Shown: positions 20,829-28,737 of the stretch, piece by piece
Layout of the letters: every line of letters starts with the position of its first letter
Numbering within the stretch: position 1 is the first letter of the stretch
NCBI GenBank assembly: GCA_964486045.1
Contig: CAZALK010000001.1
Span: forward strand, 328,242-392,241
Reading direction: 5' to 3'
DNA: 64,000 nucleotides
Source: an uncultured archaeon
GTDB taxonomy: Archaea > Asgardarchaeota > Lokiarchaeia > Sigyniarchaeales > SOKP01
Made by a program: the position numbers and the translations under genes
Notes under the pieces: model-generated
Database searches by the model: none
What the model was told of the DNA's origin: nothing
What the model saw: the letters and a program-made list of their open reading frames with translations, nothing else

Positions 20829-21434
20829 CTATAGATTCGTATTAAGCTTGATATTTTCTCCGCAGAAATTACAAATTTTCAGTTTTTTGGAAAATAATTC
20901 ACCACATTGAGTACATTCTTGTAGTTCTCGATCAATTATCGCATTAGCTAAGCTTAGAAAGGCTTGATCGACATGTTCTCCAGTTTTAGAAGATGTTCCT
21001 ATAGGTTCCCCATAACAATGAAACTCATCATTAATTTTGATGACCTCAGCTTTAGATATCTCCCGATTCTCTTTTAAGTCAATTTTTGTACCGATAATTA
21101 TCTTAATTACATCATCGGAATTTCTATTTATGATTTTAACCCAGTTTTTAATATCCTCTAAAGATGATTTGTCAGTGGTATCAAATAGCAATAATGCGGC
21201 TGTAGCGCCATTCACATAAGCCGGAAAAAGAATACGATATTTTTCTTCACCACCAAAATCCCAAATGTTTAATTCAATATGTAATTTTTCGCTAAGCTTA
21301 ATTTTTTTCCTTTTAAAGGCAACTCCGATGGTTTTCATTGTGCTCTCATTGAAAACATTATCACAATAACGAGTAATAAGAGAGCTTTTTCCAACATCTT
21401 TGGCACCAGCAACAACAATCTTATATTTTAGCAT
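20829..21434 (-). CDS. Rab-like small GTPase with C-terminal zinc ribbon
   Basis: GAKDVGKS (G1), TIG (G2), WDFGGE (G3), TKID (G4), TSSK (G5), CTQC...CNFC. Confidence 0.92.
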   Translation of the reverse strand: MLKYKIVVAGAKDVGKSSLITRYCDNVFNESTMKTIGVAFKRKKIKLSEKLHIELNIWDFGGEEKYRILFPAYVNGATAALLLFDTTDKSSLEDIKNWVKIINRNSDDVIKIIIGTKIDLKENREISKAEVIKINDEFHCYGEPIGTSSKTGEHVDQAFLSLANAIIDRELQECTQCGELFSKKLKICNFCGENIKLNTNL

Positions 21435-21573
21435 AGAAAAGTAGAACTTCTTTAATATTCCTATTAAGTAACATGTAAATTAGAATTTTATTAATAGGTT
21501 TTCATGCAAAAATTGCAGTGTTTATCAGATTTTTTAGTGATCCTGAGGTAGAGATATTAATCTAATTTTAATT

Positions 21574-22140
21574 TTACTCATTATGATCCAAATAATCGTC
21601 AATCCAAATCTCCATAAGAACTTCGTCATAGTATTTTGAATCCATATAAAACTGTTTTTTTCTAATGCCAATAATTTCAAAACCCAATTTTTCATAGAGA
21701 TGTAGAGCTCTCTTATTTGTTGAAAAGCAACTTAAGGTGATTTTTTCTTTGTTATTTAATTTTTTAGATTCTCGAATTGCAATATCAATTAGGGTGGTAC
21801 CAATTCCTAAACCTCGATAATTGTTCTTTACGATAATTCCTAAAATCCCTACGTGTAAATCAGCGTCCCAGTTGGAATTGGAAATTTCACATTGCCCAAT
21901 AATGTTATGGGGGATTTTGAGATTTTGGTTATCAGCTATTATGCAGATTTCCTTTTCCTTTTTGATATTATGGTACCATGAATCCTTTTCTAGCTGAGAT
22001 CTAACAGGAAAAAAAACAGGTAAATAAATTCCCTCATCTATCACCTCATTGAAATTATTCCACACACCTTCAACATCCGATTTGCTTAATTGCCTTATTG
22101 TGATCTTTTCTCCTGGGTTTAACTCTAAAATCCTCTTCAT
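21574..22140 (-). CDS. GNAT-family acetyltransferase
   Basis: YRGLGIG, NKRALHLYEKLGF. Confidence 0.88.
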   Translation of the reverse strand: MKRILELNPGEKITIRQLSKSDVEGVWNNFNEVIDEGIYLPVFFPVRSQLEKDSWYHNIKKEKEICIIADNQNLKIPHNIIGQCEISNSNWDADLHVGILGIIVKNNYRGLGIGTTLIDIAIRESKKLNNKEKITLSCFSTNKRALHLYEKLGFEIIGIRKKQFYMDSKYYDEVLMEIWIDDYLDHNE

Positions 22141-22184
22141 TACTTAAAAATAAATTTTTATAATTTTATTCTTATGGTAATATT

Positions 22185-22619
22185 ATGGAAAATAAAAATG
22201 ATGAGTCTACTAAAAAAGATGAGGAAGAAAAGGAAGTATCTGAGCATCAAAAACAACCTGTTGCGAAGGATTTAGTGACTTTAAAACATGTCGATGTAAA
22301 AAAACAAGAAATTAGTCAAGAAACTCGCAACCTTGCGCAAACTTTAAAAGAGCGTTTTATTGAACACGATCAATTTGAAAGACTTTCAAATAATGAAATC
22401 ACAATCCTTGAAACGTTTATGGGGAAAAGGTTATTTTTAGAGCGAATTGCAATAATTGCCAACCAGTCAAGAATGCCTTTAGGAATAGCCGGTTTTAAAA
22501 AGGCAGAATTAGAAAAAATTCTTGACGATTTAAGCGTGAAAGGATACATACAATCTGAAAAGGTTGGTGAAAAAATTGTGTATTATCTTACCGAAAGAGG
22601 TAAGTATAGAGTTCAATAA
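22185..22619 (+). CDS. Hypothetical protein with C-terminal winged-helix-like domain
   Basis: LEKILDDLSVKGYI...YYLTERG wing pattern. Confidence 0.7.
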   Translation: MENKNDESTKKDEEEKEVSEHQKQPVAKDLVTLKHVDVKKQEISQETRNLAQTLKERFIEHDQFERLSNNEITILETFMGKRLFLERIAIIANQSRMPLGIAGFKKAELEKILDDLSVKGYIQSEKVGEKIVYYLTERGKYRVQ

Positions 22620-22759
22620 ACGATAAATTTAATATTATTTATTCGTTTTGAATTTTACCGAATTAATCTTTAATTGTAACTAGATAGAAGGTGTCTTGAA
22701 TTAAGTTTAAAGAAACGAGTAATTATCTTTACATCAAACTTATGGATTGATAAAGCAAA

Positions 22760-23062
22760 TTAATCCTTTTTTAGAATTAGCTTGTGAATAGGGATATCTT
22801 GGTACGCTCCATTGGGATTTTCACGTCTGATGGTTAACGGCAAGATTCCTGCCCTAAGTTCCAAGATAGCTATTTTTATTGGGTCGATTACGTCTTTGGG
22901 TTTATTTATCAATAGAGGGGCCCCGAATGAAAGTTGTAAACTTCTCGCTCCAACAATCCTTGCTTTCTCGTATCTCGTTAAAAAGATCGGCCCAACCTTA
23001 ATCAATTTTCTTACACTCTTGTAGAGCTTACGTAATTCTCGAGATTCTAAAAAACTAGACAT
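22760..23062 (-). CDS. rpoK: DNA-directed RNA polymerase subunit Rpo6 (K)
   Basis: LTRYEKARIVGARSLQLSFGAP, DPIKIAILEL, LPLTIRR. Confidence 0.95.
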   Translation of the reverse strand: MSSFLESRELRKLYKSVRKLIKVGPIFLTRYEKARIVGARSLQLSFGAPLLINKPKDVIDPIKIAILELRAGILPLTIRRENPNGAYQDIPIHKLILKKD

Positions 23063-23151
23063 GGTTGATAAACCAAAGAATAAGTTATTAGTTTTAAAAA
23101 AGGTATTATATCATATAACTTTTTCGAATTTTTTAGTGTATGAAGGATAAA

Positions 23152-23286
23152 TGCGCGAGGAGGGAATTTTTCAAACCGAAAGAAATTTTCGGAAGTTTGA
23201 ACCCCCGACCTACGAGATTTACATTTTGAATTAATGCAAATTTACACGGTGTGAGCGTGTCGTTATAACCACTAAACCACTCGCGC
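23152..23286 (-). tRNA. tRNA-Val(CAC) with two introns (32 nt at 23211-23242, position 44/45; 30 nt at about 23167-23196, T-loop)
   Basis: Minus strand: acceptor GCGCGAG/CTCGCGC-A, D-arm GTTTAGTGGTTATAAC, anticodon arm ACACG-CTCACAC-CGTGT, T-stem GGGGG/CCCTC. 135 nt minus 32 minus 30 gives a 73-nt cloverleaf with no encoded CCA. Confidence 0.9.
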
Positions 23287-23472
23287 TCATTTTAATAAAA
23301 TTATAATGGAAAATTAAAATTAAAATTTATTATATTCTTGTATAAAATTCATTTTATTAAATTATTAGTAAATCAATTTAAGAATTTAAGAATTTTTTAA
23401 TGATTATATGAAGTCTTTAAGTTTATATATTCCATTTCAATTCTTTACTTCAATCCATGAAGAGTAACTACA

Positions 23473-25788
23473 TTGGTGAAAACTATCTCAACGAATGAAG
23501 ATTTCATTTCTCACCCTCTAATTATGCAAAATTTTGTTTCACGTAGGGAATATCAAGAGGCTATTTTTATCAATTGCTTGAATCGGAACTCCTTGGTTGT
23601 AATTCCTACTGGTTTAGGGAAAACAATTATTGCCTTAATGCTTACTGTGCACAGATTAACGGAGATGCCGAATTCAAAGATAATTTTCTTAGCTCCTACA
23701 AAACCCTTAGTAGACCAACATTACAAATCTTTCTTAAATCTTACAGTACTTCCATCTGATTCCTTACAATCTCTTACTGGAACAACGCCTCCAGAAAAGA
23801 GAAAATCAACGTGGAATCAAACAAAAGTAGCATTTATGACACCTCAAGTCCTCCAGAATGATATTATTTCAGGTTTATACTCTATTAAAGATGTCTCTTT
23901 AATAATTTTTGATGAATGTCATCGAGCTACTGGTGATTATGCATATTGCTTTATTGCTAAAAAATATGTGGAGAGTGCCAGTTTTCATCAGATATTAGGT
24001 CTTACAGCAAGTCCTGGTTCCACTCAAGAAAAAATAAGTGAACTCAAAAGAAATTTATTTATAGACCATATAGAGATAAGAACAGATAAAGATATTGACG
24101 TGAAGCCTTATATTCAGAAAGTAGATAATCATTGGATTAAAATAACACTCCCTAAAGAATTCTTGGAAATTAAACGAGTCTTAGAATTAAAATTGAAAGA
24201 GATTTATAAATGGTTAAAAGAAAAGGATTTAATCTATTCTTTTGATCTTAACAAAATTACTCGAAAAGATCTCCTCCAATTAAATACTATAATCAATAGA
24301 AGAATTTCAACTTCGAGAAATGACGATGAAAAATTTGATATGTTTAATGCAAAAAAACTTCAGGCTAATGCAATAAGGATATCTCATATGTTAGAGCTTC
24401 TTGAAACGCAAGGAGTTCACGCATTACTAGATTACATGAAAAAAAATGCAGAGAAAATTAAAGAAAATACAGCAAATAAATCATTAAAGGAATTAGTCGC
24501 AGATCGAGAAATTAAAAAAGTAGAGAAATTTGCCAATGAAATCATCTCAAGAGGAATAGTTCACCCTAAACTTGAGAAATTAAGAGATTTACTGATTTCT
24601 CAATTTAAAAAAGACAGTGAGTCAAGGGCTTTAATTTTTTCCCACTTTCGAGATTCAGTTAATAATATAGTTAGATATCTTGGAAAAGATGATATTATAA
24701 AAGTTCATAAATTTGTTGGACAAGCACATAAAGGATCTGACAAAGGATTAACACAGAAAAAACAGATTAAACTCCTCGAAGAATTTAGGGAAGGTACTTA
24801 TAATACTCTAGTAGGTACAAGTGTTGCAGAAGAAGGATTAGATATTGCTGAATGTGATCTGGTTGTATTTTATGATGTCATCCCGAGTGCTATTCGCTCA
24901 ATTCAAAGACGAGGCCGAACAGGTCGTAAAAAAGAAGGAAAAATTTATATTTTGATTGCAGAGGGGACAAGAGATCAAGGATATTATTGGGCTGAGAAAG
25001 CAAAAGAAAGAACAATGAGAGAAAGTTTGGCGCAGATTAAAAAATCTGAAAATGAAACAAAAAAGGGTCAAGTTAATCTTCTAAATTTTATTAAGAATTC
25101 TCAAAAAGATGTAAGTTTAAATCAAAGAGTATTAGATGCGGAAAAATTTGAAATTGTTTGTGATAACAGAGAAACTTCTTCTGCTGTTGTTAGAAATTTA
25201 TCAATGATGGGAGTAAATTTAAGATTAGAACACTTATCGGTTGCTGATTATGTAATTTCAGAGCGAGTCGGCATCGAGAGAAAAAGTTCAAAAGATTTTA
25301 CTGATTCTATTAAAGATGGAAGGCTATTCAGAGAGTTGAAGGTTTTAACTGAGACATATGAGAGAGGAATATTAATTTTAGAAGAAAATCCATTTAAAGA
25401 TTCAAATCTTAATGAAAATGCAATATATGGAGCCATAACATCAATAATTCTAAATTTAGGGGTGACAATATACAGGACAAATGATACAAAGGAGACTGCT
25501 ATGTTTCTATTCCAATTAGCTAAAAAAGAACAATCTGAGCGTAACTCGACTTTGAAATTAAGATTTGATAAAGCTCCGATTGAGAATTCTCACCTTTTAG
25601 AGTATATTGTTGCTGGAATCCCCGGAGTAAATGCATTTCGGGCAAAAAATTTGTTAAAAGAAATGAAATCCTTACAAAATATTTTCTTAGCAGATATCCC
25701 TGATCTGACTAAAATTGAAAATATTGGGAAAAAAATTGCTCAACAAATTTACAAGATTAGCCGTTTTAAATACAAAAATAATCAATAG
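23473..25788 (+). CDS. hef: Hef helicase/nuclease (FANCM-like SF2 helicase plus ERCC4 nuclease plus HhH)
   Basis: PTGLGKT, DECH, GLTASPG, TSVAEEGLD, QRRGRTGR; DNRE...ADY...IERK nuclease motif; PIP-like QVNLLNF. Confidence 0.93.
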   Translation: MVKTISTNEDFISHPLIMQNFVSRREYQEAIFINCLNRNSLVVIPTGLGKTIIALMLTVHRLTEMPNSKIIFLAPTKPLVDQHYKSFLNLTVLPSDSLQSLTGTTPPEKRKSTWNQTKVAFMTPQVLQNDIISGLYSIKDVSLIIFDECHRATGDYAYCFIAKKYVESASFHQILGLTASPGSTQEKISELKRNLFIDHIEIRTDKDIDVKPYIQKVDNHWIKITLPKEFLEIKRVLELKLKEIYKWLKEKDLIYSFDLNKITRKDLLQLNTIINRRISTSRNDDEKFDMFNAKKLQANAIRISHMLELLETQGVHALLDYMKKNAEKIKENTANKSLKELVADREIKKVEKFANEIISRGIVHPKLEKLRDLLISQFKKDSESRALIFSHFRDSVNNIVRYLGKDDIIKVHKFVGQAHKGSDKGLTQKKQIKLLEEFREGTYNTLVGTSVAEEGLDIAECDLVVFYDVIPSAIRSIQRRGRTGRKKEGKIYILIAEGTRDQGYYWAEKAKERTMRESLAQIKKSENETKKGQVNLLNFIKNSQKDVSLNQRVLDAEKFEIVCDNRETSSAVVRNLSMMGVNLRLEHLSVADYVISERVGIERKSSKDFTDSIKDGRLFRELKVLTETYERGILILEENPFKDSNLNENAIYGAITSIILNLGVTIYRTNDTKETAMFLFQLAKKEQSERNSTLKLRFDKAPIENSHLLEYIVAGIPGVNAFRAKNLLKEMKSLQNIFLADIPDLTKIENIGKKIAQQIYKISRFKYKNNQ

Positions 25789-25912
25789 ATATAAAAAGAC
25801 ATAAAATCTCTAACTGATGAAAACCATAATAAATTTAATAATTATTAATTATATTATTGAATTGATTTAGAAAAGATATTTAAATAATACAATCCGAGTA
25901 AATCAAATTATT

Positions 25913-26527
25913 ATGATAAAATTCAAGGTTGTAGTTGCCGGCGCTAAGAACGTGGGGAAAACCTCTCTAATAAGACGTTATGCAACAGGAAAGTTCGAGA
26001 TCTCTACATTATCGACTATCGGGGTTGATTTTGAGACAAAGAAGGTAATTGTGGATGATAACGAAATCCTACTTAATATTTGGGATTTCGCAGGAGAATT
26101 CTGACTGCTCTTCGCAGTGGAACTCTAAAAAAAATTCAGATTGTTATTCCCTTCTTATATTTCCGGAGCGTCTGGAGCTTTAATGTTGTATGATGTCACT
26201 AATAGAGACTCTGTAAATGATCTTTATGACTGGATAAATGTCATTTCTTCCGTACCAAATTCACCAAAAACGAAAATTTTAATTGAAGCAAAAACAGATT
26301 TGAAACGGAATGTGAAAAAGGAAGAAGCGCAACAAATATTTGATAAGTTTGATTTTCAAGGAGAAATAATTGAAACTTCAGCAAAAACAGGTAAAAATGT
26401 AGAAAAAACATTTGAAATGTTAGGTCGTGAGATTCTTAAAAAATCTCTACAGAGATGCTCCAATTGCGGAAAAATGTACCCCTTAGAGTTAAAATTTTGT
26501 CAATATTGTGGGTCAAAAACGATTTAA
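25913..26527 (+). CDS. Rab-like small GTPase with C-terminal zinc ribbon, interrupted by a 30-nt insert; join(25913..26098,26129..26527) = 194 aa
   Basis: The two ORF-track pieces are in the same frame. GAKNVGKT, TIGVDF, WDFAGE | KKFRLLFPSYISGA, AKTD, ETSAK, CSNC...CQYC. Colinear with the 20829-21434 paralog once the insert is removed. Confidence 0.9.
26099..26128 (+). other. Candidate bulge-helix-bulge/loop (BHB/BHL) intron in a protein-coding gene
   Basis: TTCTGACTGCTCTTCGCAGTGGAACTCTAA: 10 codons including in-frame TGA and TAA. Exon GGAG (26093-96) pairs with CTCT (26123-26), both junctions fall 2 nt 3' of that 4-bp helix, and there is an internal ACTGC/GCAGT hairpin. Confidence 0.75.
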
Positions 26528-26538
26528 ATTTATAAATT
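26498..26538 (+). repeat. Direct repeat copy 1 (att-like), covering the last 10 codons (including the stop) of the GTPase gene
   Basis: TGTCAATATTGTGGGTCAAAAACGATTTAAATTTATAAATT; 38/41 identical to 28545-28585. Confidence 0.9.
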
Positions 26539-26611
26539 ATAATAGAGAAGGTAAAAATAGAGGAATCAGAAGAGTTTATGTAAAAGCCAAGAAAATTGGC
26601 AATTCTTTTCT

Positions 26612-26897
26612 GTCCTATCGTACGATTCTTCTGGGATATTTCAGAAAAATATCACCTGGGGCGGTGATGCGTGGGATGTAGGTGTTATTATATGGAAAAT
26701 ATTCACTTAAAATAATCAGAATAACAAACTAGAAATAATCAAGATAAGTTTAACCATAATCCTTATTTAATTCTATTTTTACTAATAAAAACTACTAATA
26801 CGAAAATTTCGTTAAAAGAATTGACTATTACCGATCTACCTTCATCAGAACCTAAGCCCCCCCATGTAGTATTCCAAATTTGACTCCCATTGCTATC
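26612..26897. pseudogene. Beta-propeller (SBBP-like) repeat fragments, one on each strand
   Basis: Plus 26612-26683 reads VLSYDSSGIFQKNITWGGDAWDVG; minus 26897-26799 reads DSNGSQIWNTTWGGLGSDEGRSVIVNSFNEIFV. Both carry the same DSxG...NxTWGG...D.G repeat. Confidence 0.65.
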
Positions 26898-27630
26898 CAA
26901 TTCTATTGGAACAGTTGAGTATCCATTCTTAATTATGGATGATATATTTGAGTCGACAAACGCTACGTATGGTATATATATCGAAAACACAAATAAATAC
27001 CTATTACTAAAAAATTGTTCGATATCAGCCGTGGATTACGGGATAGTACTAAAAAATGTATCTTACATTTCAATTAAAAAGGATAAAGTATTTGATCACA
27101 AAGAATATGGCGTTGTTATCTTAAATTCACAAAATGTTTCGGTTACTGATAGTGACATCCATAATAATGATAACGGAATTAAAATTCAAGAATCCGTTGA
27201 TATAGTATTAGAAAAAAACTTCATTTCGATGAATTACCTGCTTGGGATTTTTCTAATCAATTCTTCTTCCTGTAATGTTATATATAATTATCTATTTTCT
27301 AATCAATATGGGATAAAAACAGAGAATTCGAATTATAATAAGATTGTTGGTAATAATTTAGAATATCATGAAAATGCGATACATTTATCTCATTCAAATT
27401 TTAATATTATAATGAACAACAACGGAGTAGACAATATAAACGAAATCATGGAAAATAGTTGCCAAAACAATCTATTTGAAAGTAATTTTTCCCAGCAAGA
27501 AAGTGATATCATTATACCTAAACTAGACGTTACTATAATAATTGTATTTTCTGTTTCTTTTTTTTCTCTAGTTTATATTGTAATGAATGTATATCGTTAT
27601 AGGAAATTGTCAAAGTCTTCATCTTTATAA
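26890..27630 (+). pseudogene. NosD/CASH right-handed beta-helix domain with C-terminal TM anchor, 5'-truncated
   Basis: GTVEYPFLI, repeated GIxLxNSxNxxIxxN units, hydrophobic C-terminal helix with basic tail. No signal peptide; the 5' end abuts the inverted propeller fragment. Confidence 0.7.
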
Positions 27631-27694
27631 TCCTTGCATAAAAATAGTGTTATATACATAACATTAATAATTAGAATCGAAAGAAGAGAGTAAA

Positions 27695-28501
27695 ATGAAA
27701 GAACTAGAAAATTGTGGTATTGGAAGTCGAACTATAGACAAATTGAATAACTTAGGTGTTACAACAGTAAAAGAACTTGCACTTACACATTCCTATAAGT
27801 TGGTAGATGCGGGCATCGGCAACACAACTGTTACTAAAATATTGAAAAGTGCCAGAAAAACTTATATGGATATACATGGGTTCGATAATCATGATGCTGA
27901 ACGATTTGTCCTGAAAGGCGTTACTTTACAAGATGCAACAATTTTAGCCAAGATCCAAAAACAATTATCTTGCTTGTATGGTAGTTATTATTCTGTGAGG
28001 GCTTTTCGTAGTTTTGATACTCATCTTGATTATTATATAGATGAAAATACAGATAAAGAAGACTTCGGTATAGGTGAGTATACAGATAAAGAAGACAAAA
28101 TATATAAGAACAGAGTGGATTTTTGGTATTCCTTCGGCTGCATGTTTTATAAACTAGAGAAAGGTAGAGTCATTTTACTTTGGTATCATCCGTATTATAT
28201 AAACGCAGGGCCTTTTCCCATACTAAAGAAAATCCCCAAAGATTTATTGGAATTATCACATCTAAAATATAGCTGCATACTATGTACCAACAGAGCAATT
28301 GAACGCATGCCTGAAACCATCAGGAGTAATGATATTTTTGAGGTAAGAATAGAACCGTCCGAAACAAGTGCTTCCTATCTTGTTCAAGAGATTAAGGAGG
28401 TAGGGTCTGAGCTTAAAATAATTAGGAGAGGGGCACTTGATGGATATGATAACGAATTGGAATTTTTGCTTGACGAAGCTTTTATAAGAAGAGATTTATA
28501 A
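27695..28501 (+). CDS. Protein with RadA-N-like helix-hairpin-helix domain fused to an unknown domain
   Basis: GIGSRTIDKLNNLGVTTVKELA...AGIGNTTVTKILKSAR; no Walker A motif downstream. Confidence 0.75.
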   Translation: MKELENCGIGSRTIDKLNNLGVTTVKELALTHSYKLVDAGIGNTTVTKILKSARKTYMDIHGFDNHDAERFVLKGVTLQDATILAKIQKQLSCLYGSYYSVRAFRSFDTHLDYYIDENTDKEDFGIGEYTDKEDKIYKNRVDFWYSFGCMFYKLEKGRVILLWYHPYYINAGPFPILKKIPKDLLELSHLKYSCILCTNRAIERMPETIRSNDIFEVRIEPSETSASYLVQEIKEVGSELKIIRRGALDGYDNELEFLLDEAFIRRDL

Positions 28502-28544
28502 TTATTATTAGATTAGATAATCTAAAGGTTATTGATGAGTGGAA

Positions 28545-28585
28545 TGTCAATACTGCGGGTCAAAAACGATTTAAATTTCTAAATT
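28545..28585 (+). repeat. Direct repeat copy 2 (att-like; displaced GTPase 3' end)
   Basis: TGTCAATACTGCGGGTCAAAAACGATTTAAATTTCTAAATT still reads CQYCGSKTI*. Confidence 0.9.
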
Positions 28586-28737
28586 CTCTGAAAAATTGAA
28601 ATTCGTGAGTAATTCTTCTTTTTTTTTAGCTGTTTCAATCAATAACTAAATTTAATGATAGGTTTTTTAAGAAGGCTAAAGCGATAAGAAAAATTTATTT
28701 AAAAGTCTTAATAAGAAAAATTATATTACTATCAGTT

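Larger units (their letters stand above)
26498..28585. mobile_element. About 2.1-kb decayed integrated islet inserted at the 3' end of the GTPase gene
   Basis: Bounded by the 41-bp direct repeat. Cargo is broken or orphan genes; no integrase is present. Confidence 0.6.

Noticed and set aside
26102-26104. TGA in the GTPase read as selenocysteine or by stop-codon readthrough
   Set aside because: A TAA follows in frame at 26126-26128, the 10 extra codons have no counterpart in the paralog, and I see no SECIS.
26763-26990. 75-aa minus-strand ORF as a real gene
   Set aside because: Chimeric: its first 30 codons are antisense to the NosD region, and only the middle is a genuine inverted propeller fragment.
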